64,000 nt of DNA, from the NCBI GenBank assembly GCA_964384235.1, contig CAYLJX010000001.1, positions 305,709 through 369,708 of the forward strand, given 5' to 3'. Below the pieces are notes generated by a model. The model was not told where the DNA came from and did no database searches. It saw only the letters and a list, made by a program, of their open reading frames with translations. Source of the DNA: an uncultured Bdellovibrionales bacterium. Its GTDB lineage: Bacteria; Patescibacteriota; Minisyncoccia; Moranbacterales; UBA1568. The position numbers and the translations under genes were made by a program. Of the stretch, positions 1 through 7,724 are shown piece by piece; position 1 is the stretch's first letter, and every line of letters starts with the position of its first letter.

Positions 1-436
1 TGAGTACCGACGAAAACGAGACCAGCCCGAACAACAGGAAGAGACTGATGGTCGCCCAGAGTCCCGTGAACCGGACGAAGAGCACCGTCGAGGCCGCCGC
101 CGCGTACCGCTTCTCCGGCTTGCCGAGGAGATAACTCCGATAGGCGTCCCCGCCGAAAAACGACGGCAGGAAATTATTGAGAAACAGTCCCGCGAAATGA
201 TAGCGTAGCCCATCCGCGAAGGAGAGCGAGAATCCCTTGAACGAAGCGGTCTTCCGCCAGCGGCTGACCGAGATCGTCGTCCCTCCGACATAGGCGAGAA
301 AGGCCAAAAGGACGAAAAACAGCGACGCTTCGGAAAATTCCTTCCACACGGCCGTCCAGTCCATGCGCATGATGAGCCAGGACACCAAGGCGGTGCTCAC
401 GATCAGTTTGAAAGCGAAAAGGAGTTTCTTTTTCAT
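1..436 (-). CDS. Integral membrane protein, flippase-like / lysylphosphatidylglycerol-synthase TM-domain (UPF0104-like) family, N-terminal part; the gene runs off the window
   Basis: Hand translation of the minus strand from the ATG at 434-436 gives MKKKLLFAFKLIVSTALVSWLIMRMDWTAVWKEF..., hydrophobic with several TM helices. Its start overlaps the stop of the GT4 gene (ATGA overlap). It is absent from the ORF track because it is truncated by the window edge. Confidence 0.5.
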   Translation of the reverse strand, partial: MKKKLLFAFKLIVSTALVSWLIMRMDWTAVWKEFSEASLFFVLLAFLAYVGGTTISVSRWRKTASFKGFSLSFADGLRYHFAGLFLNNFLPSFFGGDAYRSYLLGKPEKRYAAAASTVLFVRFTGLWATISLFLLFGLVSFSSVL

Positions 437-1584
437 GACTTTCGATACAGATCGACGTAGCTTGCCGCGACGTTTCGCCAGGAGAGCTCCTCGGCACGCC
501 TACGGCTAGCATCGGCGAACCGCTCGCACAACTGCCGGTCATCGAGGAGTCGTTTCGTTTTCTTCGCGATATCTTCGGCCGATTTCATCTCGAGGAAAAA
601 TCCGTTCTCACCGTCTTTGAGCAGCTCTTCCGTCCCGCCGGTCACCGTCGCAAGGAGCGGCAACCCGGAAGCGAGCGCCTCGAGCATGGTGTTGCTCATG
701 CCCTCGTTGAGAGAAGGAAGAACGAACGCGGAGGCCCGGACATAGTAAGGAGCGATGTGCTCGTGCGGGACACGCCCGACGAATTCCACGTTGGTCAGAC
801 CAGCTTCTTTGACCAAAACTTTCAGACTTTCACGCTCGTGTCCGTCACCGATGACCTGCAATTTCATCTTTTTCTCGTCCACACCCTCCTCTGCCAAAAG
901 CTTCATCGCCTGGATCAGGTAACGGATGCCCTTGCGCGGCGTGAGACGCGAGACGCACAGGAGCGTAAAGACATCCGAGCGGTCCTCGGACGTCCCTACC
1001 CGGAAATCTTCCGTCGAGACGCCGTTCGGGATGATAGCGATCGCCTGTTTTGGGTTTGTCTGAAGGGCGAGGTTTTTCAGTCCGCTGCTGTTGGACACGA
1101 CAAAAGCCGCTTTGGCCCACAGGTGCCGGATGAACGGACGTAGGAAAACATAGAGGAAAGAAAACCGCTCGCTGTACCCCGGGACATCCGCCCCGCGAAG
1201 CGACACGATGTACGGCAAACTGAATCTCCTCCCGAGAAAGTATGCCTGCACGCCGCAGGGCACGCTGAAAAACGCATGAATGACATCGAAGTCCCCTTCT
1301 TCTTTCAGAAGTTTCCTGGCATAGCGGTAACCGCCCCAGGAATACCGGAGAAGATCGAAAACGGACTGAAAATGAAGCGTCTCCCGGCTCTTGCCGATAG
1401 GGACGCTGTGGACGAAGACTTTCTCCCCGACCGAGACCTTGTGGAATTCCGCATCGACCGACGACGTCACGAGATGGACTTCCAGGTCGGGAACCTTCGC
1501 ATACTCCTTGAGCAGGTACTCTGTCGCATTCCCCGCCCCACCCCCCAAAGGAGGATATTCGTAGTTAAGGAAAAGAACTCGCAT
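433..1584 (-). CDS. Glycosyltransferase family 4 (GT-B, group 1)
   Basis: 383 aa. N-terminal YEYPPLGGGAGN motif and a C-terminal EGMSNTMLEALASGLPLLAT E-x7-E-like region are typical of GT4 retaining enzymes. ATG start verified at 1582-1584. Confidence 0.85.
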   Translation of the reverse strand: MRVLFLNYEYPPLGGGAGNATEYLLKEYAKVPDLEVHLVTSSVDAEFHKVSVGEKVFVHSVPIGKSRETLHFQSVFDLLRYSWGGYRYARKLLKEEGDFDVIHAFFSVPCGVQAYFLGRRFSLPYIVSLRGADVPGYSERFSFLYVFLRPFIRHLWAKAAFVVSNSSGLKNLALQTNPKQAIAIIPNGVSTEDFRVGTSEDRSDVFTLLCVSRLTPRKGIRYLIQAMKLLAEEGVDEKKMKLQVIGDGHERESLKVLVKEAGLTNVEFVGRVPHEHIAPYYVRASAFVLPSLNEGMSNTMLEALASGLPLLATVTGGTEELLKDGENGFFLEMKSAEDIAKKTKRLLDDRQLCERFADASRRRAEELSWRNVAASYVDLYRKS

Positions 1585-1593
1585 GTATCAAGT

Positions 1594-1615
1594 ATCACGT
1601 ATTATGTATCATGTA
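1594..1615. repeat. Left arm of an about 22-bp imperfect inverted repeat flanking the four-helix-bundle gene
   Basis: gtatcacgtattatgtatcatg. The right arm at 1997-2018 is cgcaatacataatactcgatac, whose reverse complement gtatcgagtattatgtattgcg matches at 19 of 22 positions. Confidence 0.55.
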
Positions 1616-1619
1616 TGAA

Positions 1620-1994
1620 TCAGGATGCTCTTCCTTGAGCAGTTTTCTTCAATCCGTTGATCAACTTACTCACGGTGACGGTTTCATCCGCTACTCTCTG
1701 GAATTCAATACCGGAAATATACTTCATATCCCGAGCCATCATAAGCTGACTCTGCAGCTCTGTCACGGAACCAAGAGCAATCGCGTAAAACTGCAATTTA
1801 TCCTTAGCCGAATGCCGACTGAATCCTTCAGCGATGTTCGACGTGACGGATATCGCGCAACGGCGCATCTGGCTTACCAGCACGAATATCTCTTCCTTGG
1901 GAAAACCTTTGGTGATGGTATATACATCAAGCGCTAACCTATGCGCTTCACGCCAGGCGTTAAGATCCGTAAACGAGCGAATCTTTTCACCCAT
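1620..1994 (-). CDS. Four-helix-bundle protein (TIGR02436, 23S rRNA intervening-sequence protein family)
   Basis: The internal ATG at 1992-1994 (MGEKIRSFTDLNAWREAHRLALDVY...) avoids overlap with ugd. About 125 aa, helical, with the family-typical AWREAHRLAL and NIAEGF motifs. Flanked by inverted repeats. Confidence 0.7.
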   Translation of the reverse strand: MGEKIRSFTDLNAWREAHRLALDVYTITKGFPKEEIFVLVSQMRRCAISVTSNIAEGFSRHSAKDKLQFYAIALGSVTELQSQLMMARDMKYISGIEFQRVADETVTVSKLINGLKKTAQGRAS

Positions 1995-1996
1995 AC

Positions 1997-2018
1997 GCAA
2001 TACATAATACTCGATACG
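1997..2018. repeat. Right arm of the inverted repeat flanking the four-helix-bundle gene
   Basis: See the left arm. The two arms bracket a 375-bp ORF with a few spacer nucleotides on each side. Confidence 0.55.
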
Positions 2019-2028
2019 AAATACAGAC

Positions 2029-3336
2029 CTAGACCCCGATACCAAAGTACGTGAAGCCTTCCTGTTCGGCTTCGCGGCGCTCGAAGATATTGCGGCCGTC
2101 AACGATCACCTTGCCCTTCATCCGGGAAGCGAGCTCGGGATACTCCGCGGTCCGGAACTCGTCCCACTCGGTCATGACCAGGAGCACATCGGCATCCTCC
2201 GCCGCCGTATAGGCGTGATCGACGTACTTGATCCGCTTGTCCGGAAAGGCAAGCTTGAAGTTCTCCATCGCGACCGGATCAAAAGCTTTTATCTTCGCAC
2301 CGGCCTTGAGGAGCCCTTCGATCACGTAGAGGGCCGGAGCCTCGCGGACATCGTCGGTACGCGGCTTGAAAGAGAGTCCCCACACGGCGATTGTCTTGCC
2401 TTTGAGGCTCTTGAAGTGTTGCTTGAGGAATCCGAGCGGACGGAGTTTCTGATCGTCATTGAACTTGTCTGCCGCCTCGATGATGGTGAAGCGGTGCTTG
2501 TGTTCCTTGCCGGTCTGCATCAGGGCCTCCACATCCTTGGGAAAGCACGAGCCGCCGTAGCCGATACCGGCATAGAGGAAGCGTGATCCGATGCGACTGT
2601 CATAACCCATGCCCTTGGCCACCTCCTTGACGTTGGCGCCGGCCTTCTCACAGAAGTTGGCGACCTCGTTGATGAAGGCGATCTTGGTCGCGAGGAAGGC
2701 GTTGGAGGCGTACTTGATGAGCTCGGCGCTCCGCACGTCGGTCACCATGACCGGCCGTCCGGCCCGCGCGATGGGACGATAGATCTTTTCCATGAGCTCC
2801 TTGGCCCGTTCGGACGCGACACCGACGACGACACGGTCAGGATTGAGAAAGTCTTTGATAGCCGCGCCCTCGCGGAGGAATTCCGGGTTGGAGACGATAT
2901 CGAACTCATGCTTGCCTTTGCTCGCGTGGAGGACGATGTCACGCACCTGGTCGGCCGTCCCGACCGGCACGGTGGATTTGTTGACGAGGATCTTGTAGCC
3001 GTTGAGATTCTTGCCGAAGGTCTCCGCTACGGCATAGACATACTGCATGTCAGCCTTGCCGGTCTTCTTGTCTTCCGGCGTACCGACCGCGCTGAAGACC
3101 ACTTCGGCTTCTTTCATGGCCGCGCCGATGGAATGCGTGAAGGACAGACGACCCTCCTTGACGTTCTTTTCGACCAGTTCCTCGAGACCGAGCTCGTAGA
3201 TCGGCATGATGCCCTTCTTGAGCTTCGCGATCTTCTTCTTATCGATATCGGCACAGACGACCGTATGACCGAGTTCCGCCATGCACGCGCCCGTCACCAA
3301 TCCGACATATCCCGTACCGATAAAAGCCAGTTTCAT
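2029..3336 (-). CDS. ugd: UDP-glucose 6-dehydrogenase family (nucleotide-sugar dehydrogenase)
   Basis: 435 aa. MKLAFIGTGYVGLVTG is the Rossmann motif. The catalytic GGSCFPKD region and a C-terminal UDP-binding domain are present. Confidence 0.9.
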   Translation of the reverse strand: MKLAFIGTGYVGLVTGACMAELGHTVVCADIDKKKIAKLKKGIMPIYELGLEELVEKNVKEGRLSFTHSIGAAMKEAEVVFSAVGTPEDKKTGKADMQYVYAVAETFGKNLNGYKILVNKSTVPVGTADQVRDIVLHASKGKHEFDIVSNPEFLREGAAIKDFLNPDRVVVGVASERAKELMEKIYRPIARAGRPVMVTDVRSAELIKYASNAFLATKIAFINEVANFCEKAGANVKEVAKGMGYDSRIGSRFLYAGIGYGGSCFPKDVEALMQTGKEHKHRFTIIEAADKFNDDQKLRPLGFLKQHFKSLKGKTIAVWGLSFKPRTDDVREAPALYVIEGLLKAGAKIKAFDPVAMENFKLAFPDKRIKYVDHAYTAAEDADVLLVMTEWDEFRTAEYPELASRMKGKVIVDGRNIFERREAEQEGFTYFGIGV

Positions 3337-3360
3337 AATCAGTTTCAGTTATTTAGTTAC

Positions 3361-3426
3361 GAGTTAACGCGTTAACGAGTTGTACAAAAAGAAAACAGAA
3401 ACACGTTAACCCGTGAACACGTTAAC
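3361..3426. repeat. Cluster of GTTAAC-containing dyads, likely an operator region upstream of ugd
   Basis: GTTAAC occurs at 3364, 3371, 3405 and 3421. GTTAACGCGTTAAC is a perfect 14-bp palindrome. CACGTTAAC is repeated twice around CCGTGAA. Confidence 0.5.
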
Positions 3427-3429
3427 ATT

Positions 3430-4371
3430 TTAACGCTCGGAAATTTCCCGAACGGTATAGTTCATCCGGTGACGGATATGGTAGTAGTTCCGGATCACGA
3501 CATCCGCCAGGAGACCGAAGACGAAGAGCTGTACCCCGACCAGGATGAAGAAGATACCGATGAGCGGCCAGATGCGCTCGGAAAGCGACGCGCCGTAGAC
3601 AAGCTTCTCTACGAGCATCCACAGGAGGATACCGCCGCCGATGAGCGACATGAGGATACCTGCCCCGCCGAAAAGGTGGATCGGGCGGTGCGAATACTTG
3701 CGCCAGAACCAGATCGCCACCATATCGACGAATCCTTTGACGGCCCGCCGCCAGTTGTACTTGGTCACGCCGTGGACGCGTGGGTGATGGGAGACCTTGA
3801 CCTCGGTGACGCGGAAGCCGTCGAGCGCGAGAAGGGCCGGCATGAACCGGTGCATCTCGCCGAAGAGGTCGACTTCGCGGAAACACTCGCTCCGATAGGC
3901 CTTGAGACTGCAGCCGGAATCATGGATGCCGTCCTTGACGAGGAGCTTGCGCAGGAGATTGGCGCCGCGCGAGAAGAAGCGCTTCATGAGCGTGTCCTTG
4001 CGCTTGTGCCGCCAGCCCGAAACGATGTCATAGCCCTCGTCGATCTTCTGGAGGAGGAGCGGGATATCGGCCGGATCGTTCTGCAGATCGCCGTCGAGCG
4101 TGATGATGATCTCACCGGTCGAGGCCTTGATCCCGGCGTCGAAGGCCGCCGTCTGACCGAAGTTCTTGCGAAAGACGACGAGTTTCAACGGCGAGAGGGT
4201 TCTCGCGATCTCGAGTGTCTTGTCCCGCGACCCGTCATCGACGAAGATGATTTCAAAAGGCCGTCCAATCCGTTGGACCGCTTCATAGATTCTCCGATGC
4301 AACTCCTTCACGTTCCCCTCTTCGTTATACAGAGGCACCACTATCGACAGATACGGCTTCATTTCCTGCAT
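3430..4371 (-). CDS. GT2 polyprenyl-phosphate glycosyltransferase (DPM1/GtrB/ArnC-like) with a C-terminal TM anchor
   Basis: Start moved to the ATG at 4369-4371 (MQEMKPYLSIVVPLYNEE...). DxD-type motifs FVDDGS and TLDGDLQ are present, with two C-terminal TM helices. Confidence 0.8.
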   Translation of the reverse strand: MQEMKPYLSIVVPLYNEEGNVKELHRRIYEAVQRIGRPFEIIFVDDGSRDKTLEIARTLSPLKLVVFRKNFGQTAAFDAGIKASTGEIIITLDGDLQNDPADIPLLLQKIDEGYDIVSGWRHKRKDTLMKRFFSRGANLLRKLLVKDGIHDSGCSLKAYRSECFREVDLFGEMHRFMPALLALDGFRVTEVKVSHHPRVHGVTKYNWRRAVKGFVDMVAIWFWRKYSHRPIHLFGGAGILMSLIGGGILLWMLVEKLVYGASLSERIWPLIGIFFILVGVQLFVFGLLADVVIRNYYHIRHRMNYTVREISER

Positions 4372-4398
4372 AGCATCTTTAGATTGTATTGTACTCCC

Positions 4399-4427
4399 AT
4401 TATATGACAAACCGTCCAGAGGGGCAA
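4399..4427 (-). promoter_or_regulatory. Sigma70-like promoter for the GT2 gene (TTGCCC-17-TATAAT, followed by GG)
   Basis: Minus-strand reading is ttgcccctctggacggtttgtcaTATAATggg, about 25 nt upstream of the ATG at 4371. Confidence 0.45.
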
Positions 4428-4447
4428 CTAGGAGCCAAAATGCAGTC

Positions 4448-4491
4448 AAAAACAAAGCCGCCCGTCACACGCAGTACGCGTAACGGGCAGG
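4448..4491 (-). terminator. Rho-independent terminator downstream of the GNAT gene
   Basis: Minus-strand hairpin CTGCCCGT...ACGGGCGG followed by CTTTGTTTTT. Confidence 0.55.
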
Positions 4492-4509
4492 AAAGGGACT
4501 GGAACCTCA

Positions 4510-5124
4510 TCAATGGGAAACGGAGGGAAGAAACAGGACGCAGTCATAGAGTCCGGGATCTTCGCGGCTGATAGAGAGGTCGAATTTGAATTTCCGGAAC
4601 AACCTCTTCATCCCCTCGTTATCCTTGAACGTTTGTGCCTGAAGGGACGGGGCATCCATGAAGGCAGCCCACGGGATGACCGCTTCCATGAGAAGCGTTC
4701 CGATACCCTGTTCGGGACGACACGAGAGCCGCGAATACGACACCTCATACGACCCGTCCGGTTGCCGGTAGGCCTGGCAGACTCCGAGGATGACATGATC
4801 GGTGATCGTCGCCACCAGAAATGCCATGTGACTGTAGTAGTCGAGTGTCTCGTCATAGCGAGGCTTGAGCCATTGTTCGCTCTGGAGATACTCGATGCTC
4901 ATGGTGTTGAAGTAACGCGTATACCGGTCATCCAGATTCAACCCCTTGAAATACTCCTGGATTTCCGGGATGTCCAGCGGCGTTGCCGGTCGGACGATCA
5001 CTGGTTCCTTGGTCTTCAGTTGCCCTTGTCGGACGAACTGCCAGGGAAACTTTTTGTAGTCCCAGCGAGACGCCTCTCCGAAGACAAGGGTTCTCACCGG
5101 CAGGTCTTCTACTGCGGTATCCAT
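4510..5124 (-). CDS. GNAT-family N-acetyltransferase (putative)
   Basis: 204 aa. The GNAT motif A-like RPEQGIGTLLMEAV is present. ATG verified. Confidence 0.55.
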   Translation of the reverse strand: MDTAVEDLPVRTLVFGEASRWDYKKFPWQFVRQGQLKTKEPVIVRPATPLDIPEIQEYFKGLNLDDRYTRYFNTMSIEYLQSEQWLKPRYDETLDYYSHMAFLVATITDHVILGVCQAYRQPDGSYEVSYSRLSCRPEQGIGTLLMEAVIPWAAFMDAPSLQAQTFKDNEGMKRLFRKFKFDLSISREDPGLYDCVLFLPSVSH

Positions 5125-5211
5125 AGCTTTATCTCCTTGAAAGTCACGGAAAGAAAAAGCTGCCGGCCGAAGAACGTCTCGGGCGGCAGCGTCGAAATCT
5201 TGATCGGTTGA

Positions 5212-6567
5212 TCAGTTCAGCATGACGCCAGGAAGCGTCCGGGCCTCTTCTTCCAACTGCTCGCGGAAGTCGGGATGGACGATACTGATGAGAAGCTTCG
5301 CCCGCTCACGACGTGTCTTGCCGGCGAGTCTTACCGCACCGTACTCGGTCACGACCCAATCGACCGTAGCCGCGGAATCAGTGACCTGTGACCCAAGCGC
5401 CAGACGAGAAACGATCCGGGAACCCAAGCCGCTTCCATCCTTCTTGAGATAGGTACTCGGAAGCGCGATGAACGACCGTCCGCCCTTGCTTTCTCGTGCC
5501 GCCAGGACGAAGTCCCGCTGACCCCCGAAAGAAGAGACGATCGTCGACCCGATAGTCGAAGCACAGACATTGCCGGCGAGATCCACGGAAAGAGCGCTGT
5601 TGACGCTCACCATGTTTCGGTTGCGGGCGATGATCCGCGGGTCGTTCACCCAGTGTTGCGGAAGGAAACAGAAATCGGAGTGTCCGAGCTCGGAGTAGAT
5701 CCGATCCCCAAGGACGAAACCGATCACCATCTTCCCTCGCAGAAGGTTCTTCTTCTTGCCAGTGATTACTCCTTGCTCCCAGAGGTCATAGACCCCGTCG
5801 GACACCATTTCCGAGTGAATACCGAGATCCTTGAACCCGCCGAGGCAAGCCAGGACCGCATCCGGCACCGAACCGATACCCAGCTGCAACGTATCGCCGT
5901 CACGGATATGCTCCGCGATATGGCGACCGATCGCTTGGGAAATCTCGTCGGGCTCACCGCTCATCGGAAACGTCATGAGCGGATTATCCGTCTCGACGAC
6001 CATATCGAACCAGTCATAGGGAACGGAACAGCTGCTCTCCAACCGGGTATTTTTTTCCCAGCCCCATTCCGGAAGGAGAAGTTCGCGGTGGAGACACGGC
6101 ATGTTGGAATTGACTTCCGCGATGATAGGTTTCCCCGCCTGCTTCGCCGCCATGACGGCCGGCTGACTCAGGCCAGGATCCAGTCCGAGAGAACAGAAAC
6201 CGTGGTCATCCGGCGGACTGACTTGAACGATGACGGCATCAGGAAGATGCTCTGTCTCAAGGAGGCCCGGCCACAGCGACAAATGTGTATCGATGAGGTC
6301 GGCATGACCGGCGTTTACCGCATTCCGAACAGCATGCCCCGGAAAGGGCGTAGCCATCCGTATGTGCTCCATGACTCCGGGAGTCGTCCAACCCGAAGTA
6401 AGCGTCAGGGCCTGGATGACCCGTGAGCCGGAAACGAGATGGGCGTTTTGCTGCAGCGTTTGAGCCATTGTTTTCGGCTCATTGGCGTTGCCGGAAACGT
6501 AGATCGTTTTCTTCTTCCCGATGGAAGCAACCGCTTCCTCGGCAGTGACTACGGTAGAGGCCTTCAT
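5212..6567 (-). CDS. Acetyl-CoA hydrolase/transferase family protein (acyl-CoA:acetate/succinate CoA-transferase-like)
   Basis: 451 aa. An N-terminal family I CoA-transferase region and a C-terminal domain with GSQVTDSAATVDWVVTEYG-like motifs are present. Confidence 0.7.
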   Translation of the reverse strand: MKASTVVTAEEAVASIGKKKTIYVSGNANEPKTMAQTLQQNAHLVSGSRVIQALTLTSGWTTPGVMEHIRMATPFPGHAVRNAVNAGHADLIDTHLSLWPGLLETEHLPDAVIVQVSPPDDHGFCSLGLDPGLSQPAVMAAKQAGKPIIAEVNSNMPCLHRELLLPEWGWEKNTRLESSCSVPYDWFDMVVETDNPLMTFPMSGEPDEISQAIGRHIAEHIRDGDTLQLGIGSVPDAVLACLGGFKDLGIHSEMVSDGVYDLWEQGVITGKKKNLLRGKMVIGFVLGDRIYSELGHSDFCFLPQHWVNDPRIIARNRNMVSVNSALSVDLAGNVCASTIGSTIVSSFGGQRDFVLAARESKGGRSFIALPSTYLKKDGSGLGSRIVSRLALGSQVTDSAATVDWVVTEYGAVRLAGKTRRERAKLLISIVHPDFREQLEEEARTLPGVMLN

Positions 6568-6683
6568 TTTTCAACTCCTGTAGAGAACAAAAGAGTACGA
6601 CAAAATCGAGAAGTGTTTAGTTAATGGAATTGTTAAAGAAAAACCGTAGAAAAAGGCGTTTGCCCTCCCCTACGACCGCCACC

Positions 6684-6711
6684 ATTATACTCTGAAACCG
6701 TATTTTGTCAA
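6684..6711 (-). promoter_or_regulatory. Near-consensus sigma70 promoter (TTGACA-16-TATAAT) for the CoA-transferase gene
   Basis: Minus strand reads TTGACAaaatacggtttcagagTATAATggtgg. The roughly 110-nt leader contains a small hairpin plus U-run (gggcaaacgccttttt). Confidence 0.6.
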
Positions 6712-6732
6712 TACTCGAATTTTTTTGAGTCT

Positions 6733-6760
6733 TGACAGATTCAAAAACAAGCGTATAATA
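6733..6760 (+). promoter_or_regulatory. Near-consensus sigma70 promoter (TTGACA-15/17-TATAAT) for the FabI-like gene
   Basis: cTTGACAgattcaaaaacaagcgTATAATatg, about 95 nt upstream of the ATG at 6853. Confidence 0.6.
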
Positions 6761-6779
6761 TGTTCGGTTATTACAACCG

Positions 6780-6828
6780 CCGAGGGGGTTCAGTGGTATT
6801 CGAATCCATCTCGGTTTTTGCTTTTTTA
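6780..6828 (+). promoter_or_regulatory. Leader hairpin plus U-run (attenuator-like or terminator-like element) between the promoter and the FabI-like start
   Basis: ccgag-ggggttcagtggtattcgaatccat-ctcgg followed by tttttgctttttt. An inner near-palindrome tggtattcgaatcca is present. A GAGGTG RBS follows. Confidence 0.4.
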
Positions 6829-6852
6829 ACAATTCACGAATGAGGTGAAATC

Positions 6853-7680
6853 ATGAGCACACAGCTCACAAGAGTCCAATACGACCTTTCCGGCATGGCT
6901 GGTATGTTTCTCGGCGTTCGCGACCGCCAGTCGATCACAACAGAATGTATGTTGGCAGCTCACCGCGCCGGCATGAAAGTCGGTATCGTCTGCCAGACAA
7001 TCACTCCGGAAATCGAGGATATCGCCAAGGAATGTGGGATCAATATCAACATCAACGAAGACGATGAGGAGGAAAAAAAGAAGGTAAGGCTTGCACAATG
7101 CAACGTCCTTAACTACGAAGAATACGAACCCGCTCTCCAGAAAGTCGTCACCGGCCTCGGCGGCGAAGTCGACTTGCTCTTCCACGGCATCGCCTTTGCT
7201 CCCAATCGCATCCTCTCGAGCGTTCTCAATGCACGATGGGGCGTCGACGGAAAAATGGGCGATTTCGACAAGATGATGAACATCTCCGTCGGCTCGCTCC
7301 TCTGTGCCGTCCAGTGCATCAGAGAAAACCTCCGGCCGGACAGCCGCATCCTCACGCTGAGCTACGGCGACAAGCACATGCGGGGTTACAACGGCATGGA
7401 TATGGCCAAAAGGGCCCTGGAAGCGCTCGTACGTACTCTCTCGGTGGAACTTGCCGAGATAGCCACCGTCAATGCCATCTCTCCCGGACCGATCGATACC
7501 ACCGCTGCAAACGGCATTCCGGCCTTCAAAGGGATCAAGCAAGACACTCTCGATCATGCCCCGCTGCACCGGTTACCGACACACGAAGAAGTTGCCCATG
7601 CAGCCTTGCACTTGATGACTGCGACAGGCATCACTGGAACAACGCACTTTGTTGACTGCGGCCGACACGCCGTGCAGTAA
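6853..7680 (+). CDS. Enoyl-[ACP] reductase FabI-like short-chain dehydrogenase/reductase
   Basis: 275 aa. It aligns by eye with E. coli FabI over the whole length, including LTLSYGDKHMRGYNGMDMAKRALEALVRTLSVELA and VNAISPGPIDTTAANGI. The N-terminal Gly-rich motif is degenerate. RBS and ATG verified. Confidence 0.65.
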   Translation: MSTQLTRVQYDLSGMAGMFLGVRDRQSITTECMLAAHRAGMKVGIVCQTITPEIEDIAKECGINININEDDEEEKKKVRLAQCNVLNYEEYEPALQKVVTGLGGEVDLLFHGIAFAPNRILSSVLNARWGVDGKMGDFDKMMNISVGSLLCAVQCIRENLRPDSRILTLSYGDKHMRGYNGMDMAKRALEALVRTLSVELAEIATVNAISPGPIDTTAANGIPAFKGIKQDTLDHAPLHRLPTHEEVAHAALHLMTATGITGTTHFVDCGRHAVQ

Positions 7681-7724
7681 CCCCTACCGAATTCAACCAA
7701 CCAAGAAAGAAAAGGAGTTGCATC

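Noticed and set aside
3469-4407. 312-aa plus-strand ORF antisense to the GT2 gene
   Set aside because: It lies entirely within and antisense to a well-supported GT2 CDS. The product is low-complexity, rich in D, E, R and P, as expected from GC-rich antisense frames.
6780-6810. Possible tRNA or tRNA fragment (ggttcagtggtattcgaatcc resembles a T-arm)
   Set aside because: No acceptor stem, D-arm or anticodon arm can be drawn. More likely a leader hairpin or attenuator.
6826-7569. 247-aa minus-strand ORF overlapping the FabI-like gene
   Set aside because: The plus-strand frame has an RBS, a promoter and full-length FabI similarity. The minus-strand frame has none.
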